A stretch of DNA of 63,094 nucleotides, filler included, from Lenisia limosa (GCA_001655205.1; 10 parts of 10 records of this genome joined end to end with filler, not necessarily neighbours in it); one strand, 5' to 3'. Shown: positions 48,201 through 60,600, counted from the whole stretch's first letter. Notes: a model not told the origin generated them from the sequence alone. Made by a program: numbers and translations.

Positions 48201-51200
48201 CTTGTCCACACCACTGCCGAGACGCTGGCGGTACTCCTTGCGAGTGTCCAGGAAGAATGAGGCAACTGGGGGGTGAGTTTCACGGTTGGATAATAGATGA
48301 ATATAAGTATATATTGAACCAGCCCCCAGCCCACCTGAATGAAGGAACAGTCTGTCGTAGACAATGCGTTGATGTCGTAGATTCATATTCAGCTCCCTGG
48401 AAAAGGTAAGCGGAGATGATCAAATTGGGAAAGATGGGGAAGGAACTTTGAGTATCATAGGTTGATATATTTTATTTCACAAAAAACAGAGTTCTTACAG
48501 TGTATGCATATCAACACCGCCGGATCTATATGATCCCAGTTTCAATCGAAACTTTACAGCAAAAAAAAACAGTCAGTATACGCGCCCTACCTTCTCAAAA
48601 ACACCTGGGTGAACGTACCCTTCAGAATGGAGCGAGTGGTCATCTTAAGACGAACCTGTAGGGGTATGTGAGCTCAAGACAATTATCTTGACTGAAACAA
48701 ACTGGTCCAAATAACAAATCCCCAACAAAACGCCATGAGTACACCAGATACCTGAGGCTCGGGTCTACATGATGCCGGGGGGAACTGCTGCGATAATGTC
48801 TTATTTGAGGCCACTGGAAAATGAGAAATATAGGGGGTAACAGATATCCCTTCGGAATCGCCTTTACCATAAAGTAAACTGGGTGACAATATGATAAAAG
48901 CATTCTCACCAAGTTCACTGGCGTCAAGCAGTCCGGTCAGAGTCTTCCTCTGTTTCTCCTGTTCCTTTGCTCGCTTTGCTTCAGCTTTCCGCTCCTGTTT
49001 AGCACGAGCCTAAAATCGATTAACAAAGAAAACTAGCCCAACAGCTAGAAATACTGAAACTACCTGTGCTTAAAAAATATATGTTATACTACTACTATAT
49101 AATATAGTTTAAACTACAAAGCTATACTATATCGATATAATAATAATATTACTATATCGTATCATATGATATGATATGTAGTAGTGTATGATACTGATAG
49201 TTGATGTGCCTTTGTCAAAAATAAATTTTTTTGTAGGTGTGCAATAGTTGCCTTTGCAATTAAAGATTGATATACATGTATGTTGAAATGAAATGGCGCA
49301 AACCTTGGCTTCCTTTTTCTGTTTCTTCAAGTTCTTCTTCTCAGCCTTGGTCAGGGTGCTGGTCTGCTCACTCGTATCCTCAGCCTCATCGTTGTCAGAC
49401 CCGTCAGAATCGGAGTCAATTTCGTCCAGACCTGGGGTGAGTGAGAAGTGCCTCAAAACTGGAATGCAATTCTTGATATACAAATAAAAACAAGAAAAGA
49501 AAGAGATATTGAAATACATTGGACCCCACAGCCACTAATCAACACTTGAACAAAACAGTTTTGCCAAGATACCTCCCCTCCATCCTCACCCTCAATAGCC
49601 AGTGGAAAGGCAGTAACAAGATTTGCTGCTCCGACACCTTCGAGTACCACGTCATCCTCTTGTGTCTGCGCCAAACTGCGCGCCTGAGGCCCGTCAGTGA
49701 TGCCTGTCACCCATTTGTCGGGCAAGTTGGCAGGGATGAGGCTGGTTTCGCGGGAGAGAGCCACTGAGTAATCTTTATGCTGCAAATCGGTAAACTGAGG
49801 AGAAAGGAGAGAGGCTAAAAGCTCTTCCGGTAAATTAAATGTTTGCTAAGGATTTATGGTAGTCTATCCTATCATGTCAAATATCCAAAATAACCCTCAT
49901 GATGCTCTAAACTGAGCCCCCCATTGACTGGGGTATTCCTTGCCCCTCAGACCACATCGTCCATCGGTGCTAGGTCCAGAAGCCACCAGCCTGCCGCGTC
50001 CACTGTCAGCTCATCCTCTGTGTACTCCGTACTGCCAATAAACTGATAGGGTTACAACCTTCATGTTGTGCTTGTGAAGAGCGAGAACAACAATCATTTG
50101 ACAAACAATCAGCTACGTTTCCTATGGAAGCCCATGTAATCAATGGTTACGAATGTACAACTCTTCGAACATAAAGGAAGTATGGGATTTGAGAAGTCAA
50201 TACTGTGATACTGCTAAAGTCGCCTATTATATTACTTACCCCTAAATTATATCTTCACGCAGTCCTCCACAAACCATATGACTGCCAAGTTGGGGCATGA
50301 AAGTGACCACAACATCCTCCATGCCAATCAAGGCAAAACCGTCGTCGTCAATGAAGGTGCCAATTCGCTGAACTGCGCGTTGAGCGTCGGAGTGTGCGTG
50401 GCCTGCCAGAGGGTTGTGTTTCCGCAGGTCTGGGATAAGCAGCTGAGCCGAAAAGGCTGGGAGGTGGATGGCAATAGAGTCGCAGATAATTTCAGATACT
50501 TCATCGGCATCTTCCATGGTGGCTGCGTTAGCCATGAAGTCATCAGCTTCCTAATATAGTAAGTTTGGTTCAAATTTGATATTTATTTTTAAAGTTGTTC
50601 AAATAAGGTCGATTGTGAGTCGTTTACCTGAGCAACGGTGTCATCAAAATCCGAGTCAGAATCTGAATCATCACCAACTAGGGGGAGAGGGTTAGTTTGG
50701 AGATATTATGTGAAGCTCCACATCAAGGCACGCTAAAACCTTTTCATTGGAAGTAGTAGTACCCCCCCCCCCCCNNNNNNNNNNNNNNNNNNNNNNNNNN
50801 NNNNNNNNNNNNNNNNNNNNNNNNNNNNNNNNNNGTTCGTCATACCAGCACTCATGGATATTTTAGTTGACGTTGGCACTCGTACGAGAACATCCGAAGT
50901 TTCAGACACGTCATCTAGTATGAGTTAACAGTAATGGTGATGGTCGAAATGATAGATGGTTACCTGGTGATATTTAGCATATATCTGTGAATCAAATAAT
51001 ATGAATGCATAAAAGATGACTTAGCAGGTCCATATTAACTCATTGAAGAGTAACTCCAACCAGACGCTGACCTCGATAGTCTGGCGCTTGGTCGACAACA
51101 ACTGTCGAGTATGCATTCGTCTCCTTCTTCTTGCCAATGACCTTGAAACCATTAATAATGACATAAATCTATTTGTTTCTAATAAAAGGCAAGATTGAAA

Positions 51201-54200
51201 ATGTGTTTTCATGGTATCAATAAAAGAAGACCTTCCTCAGACCCCCCTCACAGTTTTGAGTCGTTTCCATGTTGTTCTGTGCTTCTTATGTGAAACAGCC
51301 GTTTCCCTAAAGATGTCATAAGTGACCGTGACTTCCTTCCGGACACTATTGAATAAAGGTGTAATACTATGAATAAATGTGTCTTTTTAGGGCCAAATAT
51401 ACGTTGTGGAATTGGCCTGGGGTCTGAGTGAGGAAACTGCAGCGTCACGCGGGGGCGTGGATGATGGAACTAATCTGCTGGGGTAAACGGTGACCACATT
51501 ACACTTGTGAAAGGGTTAACGTATGAACCTACAAGCAAAACCAAGTACACAATTGAGTACTATGGAAATTCCATGTCTCCCCACTCGATATTACGTTTCT
51601 CCCGAAAAAAGCGTCGTATTGAGATGGTTGATATTTCAGGATAAACATATGATATTAAGTGCTTACGTGGATGCTGCAGCAGTCGGGGGGCTCATTGTTA
51701 CTTCCCTACAAAAATTGATAAAAAATGCGAATGGTACTTTGTTAGAAATAAGTGAGCATCCCCACCTTCGCTTAAGGATTTCTTTTTTCACGACCTCCGC
51801 TGCCCGTTCAGATCCGAGGGACAAGCTGGAGAGAAGGTCGCCAAGTGCCTATCATAGGATGAGGGATTATAATAGGTGGCTACATAGGGGTATTTCTCAT
51901 AAGTTCTGTTATGTGAACAGGCTGCGGGGCTAAGACGGTTTCCTTGAAATTTGAAATTAACCAACACTGATAAGAAATTAGAAATTCATAAGGAACTTTC
52001 AGCTGAAATCACCAAAACCATCAAATGATAAGATGGAGTATTCTCATATTATTACAAAGCTACAATTCAATTTTTAAGAAGCTAAACACGTGATTCAACT
52101 TGGTACTCACCTGCCACTGGAGGCCAGTGCATTTGGTGTGGATTGGCGGGAGGAAGATTTCGGCTCGATAATGCACCAATGCGTTTCCGTACAGTTTTTT
52201 TCGTAAGATGACCTGGGAAACAAATCAGAATTATTATCCTGGATTGGTTTCGAAAATTAAAAGTGTATATTTTCTATGATTAATAAAATTCGGAGTACCT
52301 TAAAATATTGATTATCAACAAAAAAAACAATATCGAAACAATGTATTCATTTATCAATCAACCAACCTGGAGTTCCATGGGGGTTTTAAGAACCTGATAC
52401 TCCGCAAGACTTGATGACGTACCTAAGGGTATCAGAACACTAAGCACTGTATGTGTTTATCCAGTATAACTCAACTCTATTACGCATGCAAAACACAAAA
52501 TGAGGTAAAAGGTTGGCATATTTGAATTATTCTCAATACGTCACAACGAACAATGAACAATGATCCGACGCACCATCACGAGCAGGTGCAGCCGAGACCT
52601 CCGACATGGGGTCTGTCCAATCGTTGTCTTCGGATACTGACACTTCCATTTCTGGTGAATAGCCATGCTGTGCATAATAAAGCCTTGGTCAAAAAGCAGC
52701 CATTGGATAATGTACTAACGAGGAACTACGACAACTCGAAACAATAAATTCCTGGAAACTGTTCAGATAATTTGATTGTAGTGGTTTACACCCCCCCCCT
52801 CCATACCTTGAAAACAAGAATGTCCTCGTGTCCTTTAGACCATCTTCTCGCCAACTGGAGGTCCACAACCTAAGGGTTTCATGAACATTGTTGAACGACA
52901 AGAAACACCACCCTAACTCACTTTGAACTGCGGATCTGCCGTCTGAAACTCAAAGTCTCGGATGGTCAAGTAGAGAGTCGGTGGAGGGGCTCTGAAATGC
53001 AGGTGTGTCGGCGGCTCAGATGTGCGACGAAGTGGCTGAATCTGGGGAGATAAACTACCAGAAGTGACTGAATCTGGGGAGATAAACTGCCAAAAGTGGC
53101 TGAATCTGGGGAGATAAACTGCCAGAANNNNNNNNNNNNNNNNNNNNNNNNNNNNNNNNNNNNNNNNNNNNNNNNNNNNNNNNNNNNNNNNNNNNNNNNN
53201 NNNNNNNNNNNNNNNNNNNNNNNNNNNNNNNNNNNNNNNNNNNNNNNNNNNNNNNNNNNNNNNNNNNNNNNNNNNNNNNNNNNNNNNNNNNNNNNNNNNN
53301 NNNNNNNNNNNNNNNNNNNNNNNNNNNNNNNNNNNNNNNNNNNNNNNNNNNNNNNNNNNNNNNNNNNNNNNNNNNNNNNNNGAGAGGGTAGGATATTTGA
53401 CAATAACAAAACTTAGTAAACCGATAGGGTGCCTGGCTGATGCAGTTCAAGCTATTACGCATAATGACAGGTGTATGATAGTTTTAAAGATAGCCTCAGG
53501 AAAATAATAAATAATGGTATTGGGCGGCTTTCATAATGATTGATTACTGTGGAGCAAAAATCCCATCATGGAACTAGCCTAGCCCTATCACTCCCCAATT
53601 ATAAACCTATCTACCCTAATCACAGACTCTCCCTTAATACAGTCCCTCAGACTCTCCCTTAATACAGTCCCTCAGACTCTCCCTTAATACAGTCCCTCTC
53701 TGAAACACTCAAACCTTGATATTTATAGTTGAAACTATCAGTTTCATGTCGTCAATGATCTTGTCTGCTCTACCTCTCTTCTTCCCTTCGTCAACTGTTG
53801 TTCTGTTCGGATAAGCTCCGTCTGCAAAATGCGATGGAAAAATAATTGGGACGTTGGTCATTAAAAGACAGCGAGCATCGTGTTACCCCTATTCGAAACT
53901 GCCTGTATTTTTTGTTTATTAAAAACACCACATTGCTATTTAGGAACGAATGCCAAAACCAGTAACTGTGTCGGGCCCTGAAAACAGCAACGATTTCAAA
54001 AAATGACCCCTCCAAAAGCCTACTCTTCCCTGAGATACACGCTTTCAGTTAGCGTTGAAGGCTCTCGGATCCATATATTTATCTCATCAGCCTGGTAAGG
54101 GTCAATTCTTCGAATACCCAAAAAAAAACCCCATTTCCTCAAATCCTCAAAAAGGCTGCAGTACCATCCCATTAATTGAATATATCATCATAACAGTAAT

Positions 54201-54736
54201 ACACTGCTTCTATAAAGCCCAAGATTTGTCAAGGCAATTTTGACCGGAAAATATCATTCCAATACACTGCCCCCCCCCCAGGGCATTGCTATCCCACTCA
54301 CATGAACTTGAACTGGAATGTGCTTGTATTTCCCCCATGGAATCTAGAATGATAAGACATTTGAACCTTTGTCCCCGAGAATCCTGGAAATACTGACACC
54401 TAATTGCATGGAAATATAGCACAAATCAACAAGCATGTGTCAAGGGTAATAGTCTATTTGAATAAAATGACAGATAATTTTGTAATAAATATTTTTGATA
54501 AGACCATGATGTAATAGCATACCTTCACCGAGAGACTGGAGCATGTTGCGCGACAGATCTGTAAGTTGGGGGGAAGTACCAAAGTCTCCATTAAGAACTT
54601 CTCATTCAGCTCTAATGGTATTATATCAGAATGTGAAGGGGGTGAACGATAAAGAAAGTCACTCTGAAGAACTTACCAAGATCACTCATTGACCAATTCA
54701 CAAGCTTGTCTTTGCTGTAGTTCTTAATGATACGCT
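45219..54736 (-). CDS. BLTP3/UHRF1BP1(SHIP164)-like bridge-like lipid-transfer protein (chorein-N/VPS13 superfamily), both ends truncated
   Basis: N-terminal spliced exons RIIKNYSKDKL...DLELNEKFLMETLVLPPNLQICRATCSSLSVK|IPWGKYKHIPVQV (cf. LELDEEVLQNMLDLPTWLAINKVFCNKASIRIPWTKLKTHPI) and LYLTIRDFEFQTADPQFK|VVDLQLARRWSKGHEDILVFK. Downstream minus-strand exons continue through the contig. That all of them form one gene is inferred. Confidence 0.78.
46178..46230. repeat. (CA)n/(CAGA)n microsatellite at intron 5' end
   Basis: cacacacacgcacacacacacagacagacagacagacacacatacacacac. Confidence 0.9.
46950..46995 (-). mobile_element. Family A 3'-end copy next to a BLTP3 acceptor
   Basis: Minus strand catgaattttccaattttacccccccccttcacctgtacag|CCTGCC. 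Confidence 0.75.
47723..47808 (-). mobile_element. Family A copy next to a BLTP3 acceptor
   Basis: Minus strand gttatcaacccttgtgtgttgtcagcaacagagttgatttg...aattttccaatttacccaccccccccctctctag|GTTCTG. Confidence 0.85.
53029..53127 (-). repeat. 32-bp minisatellite (>=3 copies, runs into gap) straddling a BLTP3 acceptor
   Basis: Units start at 53029, 53061 and 53093. On the minus strand each reads ctggcagtttatctccccag|attcagccactt, and the last copy continues in frame into IQPLRRT...LYLTIRDF. Confidence 0.92.
53623..53697. repeat. 25-bp tandem repeat x3 (cagactctcccttaatacagtccct), intronic
   Basis: Three exact copies. Confidence 0.93.
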
Positions 54737-54836
54737 NNNNNNNNNNNNNNNNNNNNNNNNNNNNNNNNNNNNNNNNNNNNTTAATTAATTAANNNNNNNN
54801 NNNNNNNNNNNNNNNNNNNNNNNNNNNNNNNNNNNN
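54737..54836. other. Artificial contig linker
   Basis: 44N-TTAATTAATTAA-44N. Confidence 0.97.
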
Positions 54837-54919
54837 TGCTGATGGTGGTGGTGAATGACGATTGTGTTGGTAAATGAAGGCAGTGATAGTGATTATTATG
54901 GACAGGGGTGTTGCTATTA

Positions 54920-55014
54920 GGACTTCACTTCGGTTCGAAAAAAGACTGAATTTCTCGATAAATCCTCGAAAACTATCGACATTTTCCCGGCCTTTTTCGA
55001 ACCGAAGGAAGCCC
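54920..55014. mobile_element. MITE family B copy
   Basis: TA|ggacttcacttcggttcgaaaaaagac ... gcctttttcgaaccgaaggaagccc; nearly identical to 29505-29600. Confidence 0.82.
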
Positions 55015-55649
55015 ACCTGTACCCTCCAGGGCTCCGAGCGAAGCTTGCGGAATCTCCCCGTGTTTCAAACTCAAGGGAGATTTTGGGGGGTCCAGAGTGC
55101 GGATTTCACCGGGGCTTGTTGTGGTCCTATTCTGAATGTTTTTTCTCGAAATTCTCTCTTTTTTTTTTTTCAATTTGAGGGAAGCCCAAATGTTCTCCCC
55201 CTTCACCCATGCTAGACTTTGTTTGTTTTCTGTCACTTTTCTCTTCGTTTTGCCTTTTTTTCTGGTTTTAGCTTTTTTTATCCCTGGTCCAAGCCCCAAA
55301 GAAAACAGTGACCATTAAGGCATTTCAAGAAAACACTCACCATTTAGACCGGGGGCGGCAATGCGGTCTCGATGGCACGCTTCTTTTCACATCCTTCCAT
55401 TACGGTGCAGCAGGTGGCTTGGGCTTGGAGGTTCTGTATCCTTTTTTTGGACAATAAAATAGAAATTCTTTATCTTTTTTTTTTGGACAATAATTCTTTA
55501 TTCGTCAAGTCGCTTAATCAAGTTAATTGATTTTTGGTAATGATGTGTATGGGTGAGAGATTCTTATTCGAAATCGTCCTTTCTGTTTGTACTTTTGTCT
55601 TAGTACCTTTACGTCAATATTCTTCATCAAAATTTCCCTCATTTTACCC

Positions 55650-55681
55650 GCTGGAGTAATGGGATGCGGTGCTGTAGAAGC
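55650..55681 (+). mobile_element. Family A 5' end before N gap
   Basis: gctggagtaatgggatgcggtgctgtagaagc. Confidence 0.8.
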
Positions 55682-56160
55682 NNNNNNNNNNNNNNNNNNN
55701 NNNNNNNNNNNNNNNNNNNNNNNNNNNNNNNNNNNNNNNNNNNNNNNNNNNNNNNNNNNNNNNNNNNNNNNNNNNNNNNNNNNNNNNNNNNNNNNNNNNN
55801 NNNNNNNNNNNNNNNNNNNNNNNNNNNNNNNNNNNNNNNNNNNNNNNNNNNNNNNNNNNNNNNNNNNNNNNCCAAATCTGCCGTAGCTCAATTTCCCAAT
55901 CCCCGTGTTATACACAAACCAATACAACCCTCTTCTCTTGCCCACCCCTTGTCGTCATTATCCACACCGCGACCCTCCACTCCCACTTCCAATCCTCAAA
56001 GAGTGGATAATAAGCTTCTTATCCCGCCGTCTGTTTCCGTCCCCCTCACCCTCAATACCTCTCAGTCAACTACAAATTATCACCACCATATTCCAGCGTA
56101 AGGAGAGGGGGCAATTGACAGCTGAGGATTTAAAACGAATATTGTTGATGTATGTACCCC

Positions 56161-56210
56161 CTTTGTTTCTTTTCCAATTTCACCCGATGGGATGCGGTGC
56201 TGCAGAAGCG
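56161..56210 (+). mobile_element. Family A junction: 3'-end-like sequence fused to 5' end, then N gap
   Basis: ctttgtttcttttccaatttcaccc + gatgggatgcggtgctgcagaagcg. Confidence 0.75.
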
Positions 56211-56555
56211 NNNNNNNNNNNNNNNNNNNNNNNNNNNNNNNNNNNNNNNNNNNNNNNNNNNNNNNNNNNNNNNNNNNNNNNNNNNNNNNNNNNNNNNNNN
56301 NNNNNNNNNNNNNNNNNNNNNNNNNNNNNNNNNNNNNNNNNNNNNNNNNNNNNNNNNATCAATAGTTCCTTTTCTAAAGCTACAAACATTTTTTTTTGCG
56401 GGTGTATCATTTTTTATTTTATTTTTTTATCCTCCTCCAGACCCCTCCAATCCTTCGACAACATTCCCGTACCCCTTTCCCACCTCCCAGCCCACTGCAT
56501 TCCTCCACGCCCAGGCTCCGCACCAGGTTAGTGCGCTATTGTTGTGCTGTGTGTA

Positions 56556-56649
56556 GGGCCCAACGGTCCGAAAAAGTCCGATAAAATATCGATATCTATC
56601 GAAGATTTATCGAGAATTTCGGTCTTTTTTTGGGACCGTAGGGAAGCCT
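56556..56649. mobile_element. MITE family B copy (opposite orientation)
   Basis: TA|gggcccaacggtccgaaaaagtccgataaaatatcgata ... cggtcttttttgggaccgtagggaagcct|TA. Confidence 0.75.
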
Positions 56650-57566
56650 TAGCTGTGTGTTATGTTGCAGTGCACTGTACCTCTGTGAGCAAATAAAACA
56701 GGTTAATTTCTCATATTAATACAATATTATAGTTGATTCGATTCGGGGTCATATTTTCCATATGACTCCTACCCCCTCCAGCATCAACGCGAACAAAACA
56801 CGCGCCGCGCCAAGCCATCAAACGCACCCGCCAGCGCAATAATCGACATCGCCCGACCCGAGAGAAGGAGGAGCCTGAAGCTCCCATCATCGTGTTCACC
56901 CCAAAGTTGCCGGGGGTATTATTCTGTTTTCGGATATACAGAGACCGGGATAAGCATTGCTCGAATTTCACGAGGGACATCCAATGTAAATCGGTCAAGA
57001 TTTATCCTGGTCAGTGTATTCAAACAACCATTTATTCTGCCTATTTCCCAGGCCATGCCTAGTTGTGGAGACTCATTTCCCTACTCTCCATCACCCCCCC
57101 CCCCCCNNNNNNNNNNNNNNNNNNNNNNNNNNNNNNNNNNNNNNNNNNNNNNNNNNNNNNNNNNNNNNNNNNNNNNNNNNNNNNNNNNNNNNNNNNAGGA
57201 GCGACGAAAACGGTAAAAGGCGAATATGGTCCCAATAAAAAAGGGATTACCCGATAGTATATCATGACCAATACTTGTCACGTGCTATCACGTGGTGGTG
57301 TGAGGACCAGCGAGACTGCTTCTCTGACTTTTCAGGACGATCATTTCGCCAGCATATGATGGTGAAAGTGTACTGCGAACCGTTGATATGCACAATAGTA
57401 GTCTTGGCGAGAAGGACAGAGCTAGGGAAAGGTGGGCTGTTGCGCTGTGTCCTATAATATATGATATTATTATAGTAAATCATTTTACTTCGGATATTGT
57501 CTCTCTAACGTAGTAGTTCACCCAGTCATTAACCCTGTCTTCTCACCCCAATTATTTTGGAATATC

Positions 57567-57655
57567 TAACCTATTTTCCCTTTTTCTAACTTATTTTCCC
57601 TTTTTCTAACCTAATTTGCCTTTTTTTTCAACCAAACTTGCCTTTTTCTCAACTA
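57567..57655 (+). repeat. ~20-bp tandem repeat of branch-point + pyrimidine tract
   Basis: ctaacctattttcccttttt / ctaacttattttcccttttt / ctaacctaatttgcc... ahead of acceptor ttgtag at ~57668. Confidence 0.8.
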
Positions 57656-57668
57656 ATTTGCGTTGTAG

Positions 57669-60600
57669 GCGGAACCTTCGAAGAGGCTCGGCAGCAGAAA
57701 TGTACAACGAGGATGCGGATAGTGATGCGGAACTGCTTCCAAGTGTCCATCTAGGTTGGGTGCGAAGTGTCTTGATTGATCACTGCCCTGTCAAATGCTT
57801 CATAAAATAGCAATAACTCCTTTTCAAGAGCAAAATATAACTATTGGGAAAAAAATATCAATAGTATTTAGGATATCACCTCTACCCCCGCGTTTTTATT
57901 TGATGTAATCTCGATGGTTCACATGTTTGATTTCTTTTTTCAGACTCGGAAGTGGACGTCTTCGACTATCCCGAGGGGTCTTTGGAGTCGGAAATTGGCG
58001 ACATCGACATCACTGTGAGGGGGTGGGGGGCTAAAATTGGAAAATTTATGAAACAAAACAAAAAAAAACCCCAATCAACTCTGTNNNNNNNNNNNNNNNN
58101 NNNNNNNNNNNNNNNNNNNNNNNNNNNNNNNNNNNNNNNNNNNNNNNNNNNNNNNNNNNNNNNNNNNNNNNNNNNNNNNNNNNNNNNNNNNNNNNNNNNN
58201 NNNNNNNNNNNNNNNNNNNNNNNNNNNNNNNNNNNTTTTTTGAGAGTAAAATGAATAAAAAATCACAAACTGGGTAATCTGATATTGGAGAACTCTTTAA
58301 CTCACTGTTATCAGAAGCACGATTCCTTCATCAAGCCCGTGTCGCTGCCAAACAACACTCTCACACCATCATGCTTCTTCGAACCCGGGCTGTCCACTTT
58401 CGAGCTCCACACCGTGTCCGCCAACCCGAAGAGTGCATCCGGGGTCCAGCCGCCACCGGAACTGAACTATCCAATGAGCTCGCTGCTGTTGCCTTTGAGG
58501 TAGAGGGGGAGGGGAGGGGGGGGGGGCAAATTCATTCAAAATGCTGATGAGACGAGGGTTCTTACTTCTCAAGCTACAAATCTTGATCCTTGAATTCAGT
58601 GTTTTCCATTATTCCACGTCTCTATGCTCCCCAGATTGTTTGGAAAAATGGGCATTTTTACGTTTTTCTACCCGACGCTATTTCATACAAAAAATTACCC
58701 TGCGGAATTATCCCGAAGGCTCATTTTAATTACCACACTTTTATTATTTTTTTTTCCAAAATAAATAAAAAGAACTAAACCACCTCAATGAAGTTTCCCG
58801 TTCTCAACCTACCCACTCATATCCTCCTTACACATTTATATCCTCCTTACATTTATATCCTCCTTACACATTTATATCCTCCTTACACATTTATATCCCC
58901 CTTATACATTTATATCCCCCTTATACATTTATATCCTCCTTACACATTCAGCATATCGCCATCCTTCTCCGGACCCTCATCAGTGGTACTACTTGATGAC
59001 CCCGTGCCCCCCAAACTGCCAACTTCCGTAGCCAAAGCGCCGGCAGAACTCTTCATCATCCCCCCTTCCCACCCTCTTGCTCCTCTTCCCACCTCACAGC
59101 GCCGGACCGTTTTTCCTAACATTGGCCCGTCCAAACTGAAAGCGTCGTTGGCGCTTCTTCCCGGTACGGGGGAGCTTGTCTAATAATGGGGCGACTCTTT
59201 TGAAACGTCTGTGGTTACAAAATTTGATCTTTAATAAAAATACCACTTTTATCCCTTTTTATTTTATTTTTTTAACTACAGACGCTATAATACTGTTGCA
59301 TTACTTACATCAGCTTACAATAACAGATTATGTAACTGAAACTTCGCTGCCGCACAGCCACAGCCCAGACCTGGCTATGAGATTACGATATAACGCGTTG
59401 AGGCGGAACTGCGGCTCACATCACCGCTACGGCCGCCTTGTGCCGTANNNNNNNNNNNNNNNNNNNNNNNNNNNNNNNNNNNNNNNNNNNNNNNNNNNNN
59501 NNNNNNNNNTTCGGTCTGGAGAACTATCGAACCGAAGTGAAACCCAAAGGGGGACAAATAATTGTTCTGAGGATTCAATGACATTGAATTGCGACTGTGA
59601 TAGTTATACACACTTGTTATTGCTTGTTTTTTTGTTTGGAGTTGCAGATGCGGTTGTGATTAGTGTTTGCTATCAACCCTCGTGTATTGTCAACCAAAAG
59701 AGTTGATTTGGTTTTTTTTTTGTTTCATAATTTTCCAATTTTACNNNNNNNNNNNNNNNNNNNNNNNNNNNNNNNNNNNNNNNNNNNNNNNNNNNNNNNN
59801 NNNNNNNNNNNNNNNNNNNNNNNNNNNNNNNNNNNNNNNNNNNNNNNNNNNNNNNNNNNNNNNNGTCTCACTAATGTGTCACGTGACAGTCTCTTTGTTG
59901 GTCGACCCGTATTTGAGCCTAGGCCAGGACCACGCAAAGTGGTGCACGCGTATTATCATCGCGAGGGCTGCTTGTCCCCCCGAGAACCTTTTATTGGAAT
60001 GGCAACTTCTAGGTTATTCACAGCACAGGTATGGAGAGTGCTCTTTTTATCTTCACTCTTTTTTGGATTCACCTTAATTATTCGCTTATCATATGATATA
60101 CATGTATATAATTAATATACTGTATACTGAGGAGGTACGCAGAAAGCTGTGTTCACAGAGTTGTAAGGGAATTGATTGGTGAATTCATATTATACTATAA
60201 TCCAATATCTCTTATAAGTGTGATGGTGTGGACGGNNNNNNNNNNGAGAGAACCGTCTTGCGCCCGGCACAGGCTTTGTGGGCCCTTTATGGGGCTTTTT
60301 GTCGCAACGCAAGGGCGCCGACGTCTTCAGAGGTACGTCCATCTGCGTTTTGTTTGTTTGGATTTTTTGCATCACCCCTAGCTGCAGAAGTGACTGGCCA
60401 AGGCTTTGTTTGTTTTGTTGTTATCATGTATTGTCAGCCAATCGNNNNNNNNNNNNNNNNNNNNNNNNNNNNNNNNNNNNNNNNNNNNNNNNNNNNNNNN
60501 NNNNNNNNNNNNNNNNNNNNNNNNNNNNNNNNNNNNNNNNNNNNNNNNNNNNNNNNNNNNNNNNNNNNNNNNNNNNNNNNNNNGGAGGAAAGCGAGCTTC

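Noticed and set aside
51030-51150. C2 domain inside the BLTP3-like gene (KKETNAYSTVVV)
   Set aside because: The flanking spliced sequence lacks the remaining C2 strands.
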